From an uncultured Chloroflexota bacterium (lineage in GTDB: Bacteria > Chloroflexota > UBA11872): a stretch of DNA of 64,000 nt. Below are positions 19,338 through 29,205 of the stretch, piece after piece. Each line of letters opens with the position of its first letter. Positions within the stretch are counted from its first letter, which is position 1. The position numbers were made by a program, and so were the translations under genes. The notes beneath the pieces were generated by a model that saw only the letters and a list, made by a program, of their open reading frames with translations, searched no databases and was not told the origin of the DNA. The stretch covers positions 719,899-783,898 of the forward strand of contig OY282448.1 in NCBI GenBank assembly GCA_958296175.1, in the 5' to 3' direction.

Positions 19338-20807
19338 ATGACCACGCAACGCCCGATCGCAGCGCCGGAGTTCCCGGCCGGGCTGGAATGGGCCAATACC
19401 CGCCGGCCGATCCGCCTGGAGGACTTGCGCGGACGTCTGGTCATCCTGGACTTTTGGACCTTCTGCTGAATCAACTGCCTGCAGCTATTTCCGCAGTTGC
19501 GGAAACTCGAAGAAGCGCACGGGCCGGCGCTGGCGGTCGTGGGCGTGCACACGCCCAAGTTCCCGGCCGAACGCGCAACGTTCAACGTCCGCTTCGCCGC
19601 GCGGCGCCACCGGCTGGAGCATCCGGTCGTCAACGACCCCGACTTCCACATCTGGCAGACCTACGGCGTGCGCGCCTGGCCGACGCTGGTCTTCGTCGAC
19701 CCGCTGGGGAACGTGATCGGGTTCCACGCCGGCGAGGCGCCGTTCGAGGCGCTGGACCGCGCGGTGCGCAACATCCTGGATCGGCATCGGGCGGCCGGCA
19801 ACGTGATCGACACGCCGCTGGACGTGCTGGAGCATGCGCCCGACCTGGACGGTCTGGCGTTCCCCGGCAAGGTGCTGGCCGCCCCGCAGCGGTTGTACGT
19901 CGCCGATTCCGGCCACCACCGCATCGTGGAAACCGACCGCGCGGGCGCGGTGCTGCGCGTGTTCGGCTCGGGAGCGCCCGGCCACCGCGACGGCGCGGCC
20001 GCGCAGGCGCAGTTCACCTATCCGCAAGGCCTGGCGCTGCACGGGGACGTGCTCTACGCGGCGGACACCGAAAACCACCGCATCCGCGCCATCGACCTGG
20101 CGCGCGGGACGGTGGCAACCGCGGCCGGCACGGGCGCGCGCGGCCATCCCGCGCCGGGCGCGCATCCGGCCCTGCAGGCCGAGCTGGCCTCGCCCTGGGA
20201 CCTGGCCTGGCACGCAGGCCGTCTGTTCATTGCCATGGCCGGCATGCATCAGATTTGGGTCATGCATCCGTCGGACGGCACGATCGGGCCGTATGCGGGG
20301 TCGGGCGTGGAAGACTTGCAGGACGGCCCGCTGGACGGCGCCCGCCTGGCGCAGCCCAGCGGCCTGGCCGTGTTCGGCCGGCGGCTGCTGGTGGCCGACA
20401 GCGAAACCAGCGCCGTGCGCTCGCTGCCGCTGGACGGGCGCGGGGACGTCACCACGATCGTCGGCAGCGGCTTGTTCGACTTCGGCGACGTGGACGGCAG
20501 CGGCGGCGAGGTGCGCTTGCAGCACCCGCTGGCCGTGGCGGCGGGGCCCGAGGGCGCGTTCATTGCCGACAGCTACAACAACAAGCTCAAGCGCGTCGAC
20601 CCCGAGCAGCGGCGCGTGACCTCGTGTGCCGGCGCGGCGGCGCACGGCCGCAGCGACGGCCCCGCGGCCCAGGCGCGCTTCCACGAGCCGGGCGGCCTGT
20701 CTCTGGCCGACGGCGCGCTGTACGTCGCCGACACGAACAACCACGCGGTGCGAAAGCTCGATCTGGCCGCCGCCCGCGTGGAAACCCTGGAGATCCACGG
20801 CCTGTAG
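19338..20807 (+). CDS. thioredoxin-like + NHL repeat protein (NHLRC2/SOQ1-like), probable selenoprotein with in-frame TGA at 19467-19469
   Basis: ATG 19338 reads ...[32 protein letters not shown]..., in frame with ORF 19497-20807. The family motif is DFWTxCCINC. Confidence 0.85.
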
Positions 20808-20965
20808 CCGAACGCAGCCTTTTCTTCCTGACCGCGGGCTCTCGTTTTCTTTTCCCGCGCTCCTGCGGGAGGGTGGGGGCGCGCGGGGGGAGGAATGCAC
20901 GTCGCACGGAGGGCGGTGCCGACTTATCCTTGGGGCGACGCGCCGCCGTGGAGGAACTGACCACC

Positions 20966-21808
20966 GTGTTTGCAACGATTGGACGCACCTGGGAGCTCAC
21001 CAAGATGAGCTGGGGCGTGCTGACGAGCGACCGCAAGCTGATTGTGTTTCCGCTGCTGTCGGGGCTGGCGCTGGTGGTGCTGGCCGCGCTGCTCACGGGC
21101 GTGGGGCTGGGCGTGGGCACGCTCGACCGGCTCGGCGGCGGGGCGGTGACCATCGCGGACTTCGCGCTGCTGGCCGTCACCTACTTCCTGCTGGCCTTCG
21201 TCATCATCTACTTCAACGCCGCCTTGATCGGCGCGGCCATGGTGCGGCTGGCCGGGGGCGAACCCACGCTGGGCGACGGGTTTCGGCTGGCCAACCAGCG
21301 GCTGCCCCAGATTGCGGGCTGGGCGCTGATTTCCGCCACGGTGGGCCTGATCCTGCAGGCGCTGCGCAACCAGTCGGAGGACAACTTCCTGGGGCAGATC
21401 GTCATATCCATGGTGGGCGGCATCTGGGCGTATCTGACGTTCTTCGTGGTGCCGGTGCTGGTGGCCGAGGGCGCGGGGCCGATCGAGGCGATCAAGCGCT
21501 CCGGCTCGCTGTTCAAGCGCACCTGGGGCGAGCAGGTGGCGGCGAGCTTCGGCTTCGGCATCGTGGGGCTGATTGCGGCGGTGATCGGGCTGGCGCCCGC
21601 CTTCCTGGTGGCGCAGGTGTCGCCGATGGCCGGCGCGGCGGTGGCGGTGGTCACGGTGGGGCTGGCGATGACGGTCGTCTCGACCCTGGAAGCGATTTTC
21701 AAAGCGGCGCTGTACGGCTACGTGGCGGACGGGCGCGTGGCCGAGGGCTTCTCGCGCGGCACGCTGGAGAGCGCCTACGGCCCGCAGCGCGGGCTGAGCC
21801 GCTTCTAA
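20966..21808 (+). CDS. conserved integral membrane protein (DUF6159-like)
   Basis: GGAGGA RBS then GTG; about 6 TM segments; TFFVVPVLV...AIKRS..LFKRTWGE. Confidence 0.8.
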   Translation: MFATIGRTWELTKMSWGVLTSDRKLIVFPLLSGLALVVLAALLTGVGLGVGTLDRLGGGAVTIADFALLAVTYFLLAFVIIYFNAALIGAAMVRLAGGEPTLGDGFRLANQRLPQIAGWALISATVGLILQALRNQSEDNFLGQIVISMVGGIWAYLTFFVVPVLVAEGAGPIEAIKRSGSLFKRTWGEQVAASFGFGIVGLIAAVIGLAPAFLVAQVSPMAGAAVAVVTVGLAMTVVSTLEAIFKAALYGYVADGRVAEGFSRGTLESAYGPQRGLSRF

Positions 21809-21821
21809 AGGCCAGATTCAG

Positions 21822-22556
21822 TTGAGCGGCACGCACACGGGGCGGCGCGCGGCCGTCTACGGCGCCAGCAGCGGCATGGGGCGGGCCAGCGCCCTGGCGC
21901 TGGCCCGCGCCGGCGCCGACGTGGCCCTGCTGGCGCGCAACGCCCAGGCGCTGGACGAGGCGGCCGCCGAGATTCGGGCGCTGGGGCGCGCCGGCGAGGT
22001 CATCCCCGTGGACGTGCAGGACCCCGCCGCGGCGCGCGCGTCGGTCACGGCCATCGTGGACGCGCTGGGCGGGATAGACGTGCTGGTCTACGCCACCGGC
22101 TGGAACATCCCCAACCGCGCGTTCGAACGGCTGAGCCCCGCGGACTGGGACCTGATGCAGCGCACGAACCTGTGGGGGCTGTACGACGTGGTGCAGGCCG
22201 CGCTGCCGGAGCTGCGCAGGTCTGGGGCGCGGGTGGTCGTCGTCTCGTCCGCCTGCGTGCAGCTGCCCGACGTCTCCGGCATCGCCTACCAGACCACCAA
22301 GCACGCCGAGGTGGGGTTCGTGCACGGGCTGATGCAGGAGGAAGCCGCCAACGGCATTCGCGCCACCGTGCTGTTCCCGGGGCTGACCGAAACGCCCATG
22401 CTGGGCCGCCGGCCGACCCCAACGCCTGCGGAGGTGGTGGCGCAGGCGCTGCAACCCGAAGACGCGGCGCAGGCGGTGGTCTTCGTCACCTCGCTGCCGC
22501 CGCGGGCCTACGTGCCCGAACTGATGCTGCTGCCGGCCGCCATCCAGCAGCGGTAG
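21822..22556 (+). CDS. short-chain dehydrogenase/reductase
   Basis: GASSGMG, YQTTK (YxxxK). Confidence 0.9.
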   Translation: MSGTHTGRRAAVYGASSGMGRASALALARAGADVALLARNAQALDEAAAEIRALGRAGEVIPVDVQDPAAARASVTAIVDALGGIDVLVYATGWNIPNRAFERLSPADWDLMQRTNLWGLYDVVQAALPELRRSGARVVVVSSACVQLPDVSGIAYQTTKHAEVGFVHGLMQEEAANGIRATVLFPGLTETPMLGRRPTPTPAEVVAQALQPEDAAQAVVFVTSLPPRAYVPELMLLPAAIQQR

Positions 22557-22619
22557 CCCAACCCGCCGGCGGCGCGGCCGGCGTATGCTGCCAGGGTCTC
22601 GCGCAGCGGCGGCCCGCCC

Positions 22620-24008
22620 ATGCCTCACGACCAATCGCTGCACCTGCTGTGCCACCCGTGGGAGGTGCAGACGGCGGTGCACGTGCGCCGCACCTGGAAC
22701 CGGCCGGCCCGCGTGCAGATGGACCCGGTGCTCGCGCCCACGGAACCGTGGGAAGGCGGCTCGGTCATCGTCTGGGGCACGGCGCACCGCGACCCGGCCA
22801 GCGGGCAGTTGCAGCTCTGGTACGAGGCCTGGAACCCGGGCCGCGGGCGCGCGGTGCCGCTGGACACGCTGGTGTGCTACGCCACCTCGCGGGACGGGGT
22901 GACCTGGGACAAGCCGGACCTGGGGATTTACGCCTGGAACGGCAGCCGCGCCAACAACATTTGCTGGATGATGCGCGGCACGGGTCCCTGGAACTATCTG
23001 GACAGCCCGCGCGTGTTGATCGACCCTGCCGCGCCCGCGGCGCGGCGCTACCGCATGGTGATCTACGCGCGCGCGCGTCCCAGCCGCCGGCACGCGTTCT
23101 TCGTGCTGACCAGCGCCGACGGGGTGCATTGGACCTGGCGCGACGAGCCGTTCCTGACCGAGAGCGGCGACCGCTTCCACTGCATCTACGACGACCGGCG
23201 GGGCGAATATTGGCTGACCTCGCGCCGCGCGCACCTGTCGCGCGATTACGCGGCCCAGCCGCGCCGCCTGGGCATTCGCAGCATTGCCCGCTGGCGCAGC
23301 CCGAACCTGCGGGACTGGTCCGCGCCCGACCAGCTGCTGCAGCCCGACGACGCCGACCCGCCGGACGCCGAGTTCTACAGCATGTATCCCATGACCGCCG
23401 GCGCGGGCTATCTGGGCTACCTGGAGTTCTACGACCGCTTTGTGGAACGGCTGCACACCGAGCTGGTGGTGAGCCGCGGCGGCGACGCCTGGCAGCGGCT
23501 GGAACGCACGCCCTGGCTCGACCGCGGCACCGAGGGCGCCTGGGACGACATGTGGGTGTTTCCCTCCAGCAACGACCCGCTGGTGGTTGGCGACCGCATG
23601 CTGGCGCCGTTTGGCGGCCGCTCCACGGCCCACAGCGGCAGGCGGCAGCCGATGTACCCGCCGCGCTGCAGCATTGGCCTGGCCGCCTTCGGCCGCGACC
23701 GCTGGGCGGCGCTCACGGCCGGCCAGGACGGCGGCGAGTTCGTGACCGAACCGATCGAGCCGACCGGCGGCCGGCTGTGGCTCAACCTCGACGCGGAGTT
23801 TGGCGAGGTGCGCGTGGCCGTGCTGGGCGAGTTCGACGGGCCAATCGAGGGATTGACGCACGACGACGCCCTGCCGCTGACGCACGACGCGGTCGACGCG
23901 CGCGTCCGCTGGCGGACGCGCGACACCCTGGCCGACCTGCGCGGCCGCCGCGTGCGCCTCCACGTCAAAGCCGCCCGCGCCAGCGTCTACGCCTTCCGCC
24001 TCGACTGA
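22620..24008 (+). CDS. glycoside hydrolase family 32/43-like beta-propeller protein
   Basis: YATSRDGVTW, TSADGVHW repeats; PDDADPPDAEFY. Confidence 0.7.
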   Translation: MPHDQSLHLLCHPWEVQTAVHVRRTWNRPARVQMDPVLAPTEPWEGGSVIVWGTAHRDPASGQLQLWYEAWNPGRGRAVPLDTLVCYATSRDGVTWDKPDLGIYAWNGSRANNICWMMRGTGPWNYLDSPRVLIDPAAPAARRYRMVIYARARPSRRHAFFVLTSADGVHWTWRDEPFLTESGDRFHCIYDDRRGEYWLTSRRAHLSRDYAAQPRRLGIRSIARWRSPNLRDWSAPDQLLQPDDADPPDAEFYSMYPMTAGAGYLGYLEFYDRFVERLHTELVVSRGGDAWQRLERTPWLDRGTEGAWDDMWVFPSSNDPLVVGDRMLAPFGGRSTAHSGRRQPMYPPRCSIGLAAFGRDRWAALTAGQDGGEFVTEPIEPTGGRLWLNLDAEFGEVRVAVLGEFDGPIEGLTHDDALPLTHDAVDARVRWRTRDTLADLRGRRVRLHVKAARASVYAFRLD

Positions 24009-24091
24009 GACCCGGGCCTGCGCCCGGCAGGCAACGTTTCGGCAATTACCGTTCCCCCCGCCCCCATCGCTCCTTCCCCTCCTCCCGCCGC

Positions 24092-24129
24092 CCGTTCCCC
24101 GCGCCCCGCGCTGCGGGGCGCGGGGACGG
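24092..24129. terminator. strong GC hairpin between convergent genes
   Basis: CCGTTCCCCGCGCCCCGC-GCT-GCGGGGCGCGGGGACGG inverted repeat; no U-tract. Confidence 0.5.
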
Positions 24130-24164
24130 CGCACGCGCGCGGGTGACGAGCCGCGGGCGAACGA

Positions 24165-25316
24165 TTACAAGGGTCGGCGGCGGACGAGGGTGCTCAGCGC
24201 AAGCGCCAGCAGGGCCAGGACAGCGCCGCCGATGAAGGGCACCTGATGGCCGTAGGCTTCCCACAGCAGGCCGCCGCTGACGGGGACGATTACCGCCGCC
24301 ACGTGGTTCATGGTCTGCCCCGCCGCCAGGCTGGGCAGCAGGTCGTCGGGCCGCACCAGAATCCGGCGCAGGTAGGTGGTGATGCCGACCTCGGCGCTGA
24401 AAAACAGGTTGTCCAGCACGTAAAGCGCCAGCAGCGCGGCCAGCGAGGGGATCAGCGCGTAGCCGGTGAAGACCAGCGCCAGGGCCGCAAACGCCGCCAT
24501 CAGGATCGGGCGCTCGCCCACGGCGTCGATCAGCCGCCCGCAGGTGTAGGCGGCCGCGATCGTGACCACCGCGTTGACGAGGCCCAGCATGGCCACGGTC
24601 TGCACGCCGAGGCCGTGGTTCCGCACCAGCAGAAAGATCGCAAAGGTCATGAAGATGTGGCGGCGGCCGCCGTCCAGCAGCGTCAGCGCGTAGTAGACCC
24701 AGTAGCGCCGCCGCAGCACTACGCGCGGGGGCGTCCCCAGCCGCCCCATGCCCCGCAGCTGAAAGACCGCCGCCGCGCCCAGGGCGATGGATATGCCGGA
24801 CAGAATGAAGAGCGGGCGGATGCCGATGGTGGACACCAGCGCGGCCACCAGACCGATGCCGGCCAACAGCGCCGCCGCCGAGATGGAACGCAGCTGCCCC
24901 AGCCGGCGCCCCTGGGTCGCCTGCGTGCTGAGCCGCAGCGCGATGGTGCCGGAGACGGGCAGCCAGAGGTGGAACCCCACGCTGGCGATCAGCGAGAAGA
25001 CCACCAGCGACTCGATGGTTTGCACGTGGGCGAAGTTCAGATAGCCCACGGCCACCAGCAGCATCGCGGCGGCGCCGATCAGCGGCTCGGCAATGGTGAT
25101 GACCGCCGCTCCGATAGCCAGCGTCAGCAGGCCGGGGATTTCACGGATGGTTTCCAGCAGGCCGAGCTGACTGGGCCGAATGCCCAACTCCTCGACCATG
25201 AAATTGACCGAGACGGTGATGAACAGGGCGAACCCGAAGCCGAAACAGAACGTGGCGGCGGCCAGCCAGGCATAGGGCGGCACGCGCCGGCCGGCGGTGC
25301 GCGCGGGGATGTCCAC
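24165..25316 (-). CDS. MFS transporter
   Basis: About 12 hydrophobic segments; GRLIDAVGER motif. Confidence 0.88.
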   Translation of the reverse strand: MDIPARTAGRRVPPYAWLAAATFCFGFGFALFITVSVNFMVEELGIRPSQLGLLETIREIPGLLTLAIGAAVITIAEPLIGAAAMLLVAVGYLNFAHVQTIESLVVFSLIASVGFHLWLPVSGTIALRLSTQATQGRRLGQLRSISAAALLAGIGLVAALVSTIGIRPLFILSGISIALGAAAVFQLRGMGRLGTPPRVVLRRRYWVYYALTLLDGGRRHIFMTFAIFLLVRNHGLGVQTVAMLGLVNAVVTIAAAYTCGRLIDAVGERPILMAAFAALALVFTGYALIPSLAALLALYVLDNLFFSAEVGITTYLRRILVRPDDLLPSLAAGQTMNHVAAVIVPVSGGLLWEAYGHQVPFIGGAVLALLALALSTLVRRRPL

Positions 25317-25378
25317 GGGGTGGTTGGCCGCCGACGTCTGGCGCGCCTGGCTGCGGCGCAGGCGCCGGCGTCAGCCCG

Positions 25379-25594
25379 TCAGCGGCGCAGCCGCCCCTTC
25401 CCGTCGCACTTGGGGCACGTGCCGCTCAGTTCGTGCCAGCCGCCCGGCTTGGAGGGGTCGGGCCAGCGTTCGTTGACCGCGCCCGTGCCTTCGCAGCGCG
25501 TGCAGACGGGGCCCGTTGGCGGCAGAAAGCGGGGCAGCAGCAGCACCCCCGCCACGATCAAGGCGGTGGCGATGAGCCAAACTTCGAGCGGCAT
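25379..25594 (-). CDS. small membrane-anchored protein with a DnaJ-type zinc-finger pair
   Basis: MPLEVWLIATALIVAGVLLLP TM segment, then CTRCEGTG and CPKCDGKG. Confidence 0.7.
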   Translation of the reverse strand: MPLEVWLIATALIVAGVLLLPRFLPPTGPVCTRCEGTGAVNERWPDPSKPGGWHELSGTCPKCDGKGRLRR

Positions 25595-25746
25595 CCCAGC
25601 CCCCAGCGCGCGTCCAGCGGCGCGCCTCAGTATAGAGGGAGCCTGGGTGCCTCTGGCGGCGGCCAGGTGACTTCGGCGGGCTTTGCGCCGGAAGGACGGG
25701 GAGTGTGACGGGGGCGGTCTGGGCGTTGGGGGCGGCGGCTGGCTGG

Positions 25747-27015
25747 TTAGCTGGCCGCTGCGGGGATGGGGCGGCCTTCGATGTGGGCGACGAAGTCTTC
25801 GCGGAAGCGGCGGGCGGCGCCGCGGACGGGTTGGTGGGCAAACTGGCCCAGGCCGCAGAACGAGGCCATCATGCTGGCGCCCAGTTCCTCCAGCAGCTCC
25901 AGGTCGTCCATGGTTCCCTGGCCGTGCAAGATGCGTTCGCAAATCTGCACGAGGTTCGGCGCGCCCTCGCGGCAGGGGATGCAGAACCCGCAGCTTTCTT
26001 CCTCGAAGAAGAGCGCGTCGCGGTAGGCCACGTCCACCATATCGGTGGTTTCGTCGAAGACCACCACGCCGCCGGTGCCCATGATGGTGCCCAGCGCGCC
26101 CATGGACTTGGGTTCCAGGGCGGCGTCCAGCTCGTTCGGGGTGAGCGGCGCGGACGACGCGCCGCCGGGCTTGAAGCCTTTGAGCCCGCGCCCGCCGGCC
26201 ACGCCGCCGCCGTAGTCGTAGATCAGCTCCCGCGCGGTGACGCCCATGGGGAGCTCGTGCACGCCTGGTTCGGCCACGTGGCCGGACAGGCAGTACATCT
26301 TGGTGCCCGCGGCCTCGCCGCGCCCCAGGTCTTGGAACCACTCGGCGCCGTTGCGCATGATGTCGGGCACGGCGGAGAGGGTTTCGACGTTGTTGATGGC
26401 CGTGGGGAGGCCCCACACGCCGACGTTGGTGGGGAAGGGCGGCTTGTAGCGCGGGTTGCCGCGCTTGCCTTCCAGCGAATTGAACAGCGCGGTTTCTTCG
26501 CCCACGATGTAGGCGCCGGCGCCGCGGCGGAAGGTGATGTCGAAGTCAAAGCCGGACGTGCCGAGAATGCCGCTGCCCAGGAAGCCGGCGGCGTAGGCGT
26601 CGCGGATGGCGGCCTGCGTGCGCTCGTGCGCCAGCCCATATTCGCCGCGGATGTACACGTATCCCAGCGTGGCGTGGCAGGCGTAGGCCGCGATGATCAT
26701 CCCCTCCAGCATGAGGTGGGGGTCCAGCTCCAGCGAGTAGCGGTTCACGTAGGTGCCTGGTTCGCTCTCGTCGCCGTTGACGACCACGTAGCGCGGGGTC
26801 TTGGGATCCTTGCGCACGAACTCCCACTTCAGGCCGGTGGGGAAGAACGCGCCGCCGCGTCCGCTGAGGCCCGAGGCCTTGATCAGGTCCGAGACGTCCT
26901 CCGGCGTCATCTCGCGCAGCACGCGCGCCAGGGCCGTGTAGCCGCCGGCGGCGCGGTAGCTGTCGAGCGTCCACGACTGCGGGTTGCCGAAGTTCTTGGT
27001 GACGACCAGGCTCAT
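25747..27015 (-). CDS. nuoF: NADH-quinone oxidoreductase subunit F-like flavoprotein
   Basis: GRGGAFFPTG, DESEPGT, GAGAYIVGEETAL, ESCGFCIPCREG...C. Confidence 0.93.
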   Translation of the reverse strand: MSLVVTKNFGNPQSWTLDSYRAAGGYTALARVLREMTPEDVSDLIKASGLSGRGGAFFPTGLKWEFVRKDPKTPRYVVVNGDESEPGTYVNRYSLELDPHLMLEGMIIAAYACHATLGYVYIRGEYGLAHERTQAAIRDAYAAGFLGSGILGTSGFDFDITFRRGAGAYIVGEETALFNSLEGKRGNPRYKPPFPTNVGVWGLPTAINNVETLSAVPDIMRNGAEWFQDLGRGEAAGTKMYCLSGHVAEPGVHELPMGVTARELIYDYGGGVAGGRGLKGFKPGGASSAPLTPNELDAALEPKSMGALGTIMGTGGVVVFDETTDMVDVAYRDALFFEEESCGFCIPCREGAPNLVQICERILHGQGTMDDLELLEELGASMMASFCGLGQFAHQPVRGAARRFREDFVAHIEGRPIPAAAS

Positions 27016-27533
27016 CGAGCGCCTCGGGCGCGCAGGTCGTCCAGCAGGGCGCGCGCTTTGTCGGCGGTCATGGGTCCGTGCTGTTCCAGGTTCACCATCA
27101 GCGCCGGCTGCAAGTCGCAGAGTCCCAGGCAGGAGACCGACTCGGTTTCGAACAGGCCGTCCTCGGTCACCTCGCCCACGCGCGCGCCCAGCGCCTGGTT
27201 GAAGGCGTGCAGCACCTGCGGCGCGCCCGTCAGATGGCAGCTCAGGTCGCGGCAGACCCGCAGCACGTAGGCGGCGGCGGGCTTGCGGTGGAACATGGAG
27301 TAGAAGGTCAGCACGCCGAAGACTTCGCTCTCCGGCAGACGCAGTTCCTTGGCGATCAGCGTCACGGCTTCGGGCGGCACGTAGGAAAAGATGTCCTGCG
27401 CCGCGTACAGGGCTTCCAGGGTGGTCCCCGGCTCGTCGCGCAAGGGGGCCAGCGCCTGGCGCAGCTGGTCGAGCTTGGGCCGCTCGGCGTCGTCCAGCGT
27501 GGCGCGGCGCGGCGCGCCGCTGTGGATCGCCAT
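27012..27533 (-). CDS. nuoE: NADH-quinone oxidoreductase subunit E-like 2Fe-2S protein
   Basis: TFYSMF, CRDLSC, SCLGLC. Confidence 0.92.
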   Translation of the reverse strand: MAIHSGAPRRATLDDAERPKLDQLRQALAPLRDEPGTTLEALYAAQDIFSYVPPEAVTLIAKELRLPESEVFGVLTFYSMFHRKPAAAYVLRVCRDLSCHLTGAPQVLHAFNQALGARVGEVTEDGLFETESVSCLGLCDLQPALMVNLEQHGPMTADKARALLDDLRARGAR

Positions 27534-27754
27534 GAAGCCTCCCGCACCAGGAACGCGAACGGCCGCGCAGGCCCGAGCGCAGACGCCGCGCGCCGACAAC
27601 TGGACGCAGAGTTTACCACCGGCGGCGGAGGCGCCGCGGGCCGCGAGGGACGAGCTCCTGGCCGCTGGCCGCAAGGCGCGAAGTGCGAGGCGCGAGGCGC
27701 AGGTCCCTGGCCGCGAGGCGCGGGACCCGAGGCCCTAGCCGCGGACGGCCGCCC

Positions 27755-29062
27755 TCACCCCTCCGCCGCGCCTTCCGGGTCGAGCGTCCACAGTTCGCGG
27801 CCCCAGACCATCACGAAGACCACCACGGCCACGCTCAGGCCGCCGCCAACGGCCAGCGCCGCGGACGTGTCGATGCGGTCGGCGATGATGGACATGGGCA
27901 GCAGCCCCAGCGGCGTGAGTCCCCAGCTGAGCATCCAGATCGACAGCACGCGCCCGCGCAGGCGGTCGGGCGCCAGCAGCTGCAAGATCGACTGGTTGGT
28001 GGACATGTAGACCGCGGAAAAGAACCCGGCGACGGCCAGCACCGCGCCGGTGGCCAGAGGCGCGCGGGTGAAGGCCACCGCCACCACCAACGCGCCGTAG
28101 GCGCCGGCGGCCAGCATGGCCGCCGGGCCCTTGCGCCGATGGCCGGCATAGAGCACCACCACCAGCGAGCCGACCACCGCGCCCACGCCCAGCGCGCCCA
28201 TCAGCAGCCCCAGCTCTTCGGCCCCCGCGCGCAGGTTCTCCTTCACGAAGGCCGGCAGCAGCATGATCATGGGCATGCTGAACAAGGCGGGCGACAGGTT
28301 CAGCAGCAGGAGCGCCGTGAGCGGGCGCGACCCCCGCACATAGCGAAACCCCTCCGCCATGGCGCCCAGCGTCGACCCGCGCGCGCGCGGATGCTGATTG
28401 CCGCCGCGCACGGTCAAGAGGTTGAGCGTGCTCCACACGTAGCCAGCCGTCTGCACGAAGTAGGTGCCGGCAATGCCGATCAGCCCCACCAGGAACCCGG
28501 CCAGCGTTGGCCCCACCACGCGCGAGGCGTTCATGGTGGTGTTGGTCAGCGCCACGGCGTTGCTGAGCTCGCGGCGCGGAACCAGGTCGGACACCAGCGC
28601 GTTGCGCGCCGGGACGCTGAGGGCGAACGACGCGCCGACGGTGACCCCGGCCACGGCCAGGTGCCAGATGTCCACGGCGTTCAAGGCCACCAGCACGCCC
28701 ACGCTCAGCCCGGACAGGCTCATCAGGATTTGCATCGATATCAGCAGCCGCACGCGGTCGACCCGGTCGGCCAGCACGCCGCCGAACGGGGACAGCAGCA
28801 GCATGGGGATGGAGCGAAAGAAGGCCAGCAGGCCCAGGATGAATTCTGAATCCGTCAGCTCCACCACCAGCCAGCCCTGCGCGAGCGACTGCATCCAGAA
28901 GCTCATGGTGGTGCCCAGGTTGGCGCGCCACAGACGGCTGTAGTCGCGGTTGGCCAGCGCGGGGAACATGCGGGCGCGCACGCGCCGCAGCGGCGAGCCG
29001 CGGTCGGGACCGCCCGCCGCCGGCGCTGGCGGCGCAGCGCGCGGCGTCTCGCCGCCAGTCAC
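27755..29062 (-). CDS. MFS transporter (MFS_3/EntS-like)
   Basis: GGAGG RBS before GTG 29062 (ATG 28969 is an alternative start); GGVLADRVDR, LRGRVLS. Confidence 0.88.
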   Translation of the reverse strand: MTGGETPRAAPPAPAAGGPDRGSPLRRVRARMFPALANRDYSRLWRANLGTTMSFWMQSLAQGWLVVELTDSEFILGLLAFFRSIPMLLLSPFGGVLADRVDRVRLLISMQILMSLSGLSVGVLVALNAVDIWHLAVAGVTVGASFALSVPARNALVSDLVPRRELSNAVALTNTTMNASRVVGPTLAGFLVGLIGIAGTYFVQTAGYVWSTLNLLTVRGGNQHPRARGSTLGAMAEGFRYVRGSRPLTALLLLNLSPALFSMPMIMLLPAFVKENLRAGAEELGLLMGALGVGAVVGSLVVVLYAGHRRKGPAAMLAAGAYGALVVAVAFTRAPLATGAVLAVAGFFSAVYMSTNQSILQLLAPDRLRGRVLSIWMLSWGLTPLGLLPMSIIADRIDTSAALAVGGGLSVAVVVFVMVWGRELWTLDPEGAAEG

Positions 29063-29071
29063 TGGGAACCT

Positions 29072-29181
29072 CCGTCTTCCCCTCTCCCTCCCAGGGAGAG
29101 GGCAGGAACCCGCCGACCGCCAACCCGCGCCCGCTCCCCGTCTTCCCCTCTCCCTGAGAGGGAGAGGGCAGGGTGAGGGTC
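29072..29181. repeat. BoxC-like repeat, two tandem copies 66 bp apart
   Basis: CCGTCTTCCCCTCTCCCT-N3-AGGGAGAGGGCAGG at 29072 and 29138. Confidence 0.8.
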
Positions 29182-29205
29182 GGCGCCCACGTCCGCCACC
29201 GGGTG

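Noticed and set aside
19295..20965. Apparent long N-terminus of the 837-aa ORF
   Set aside because: Off-frame read-through over the thioredoxin-NHL gene; the membrane protein starts at 20966
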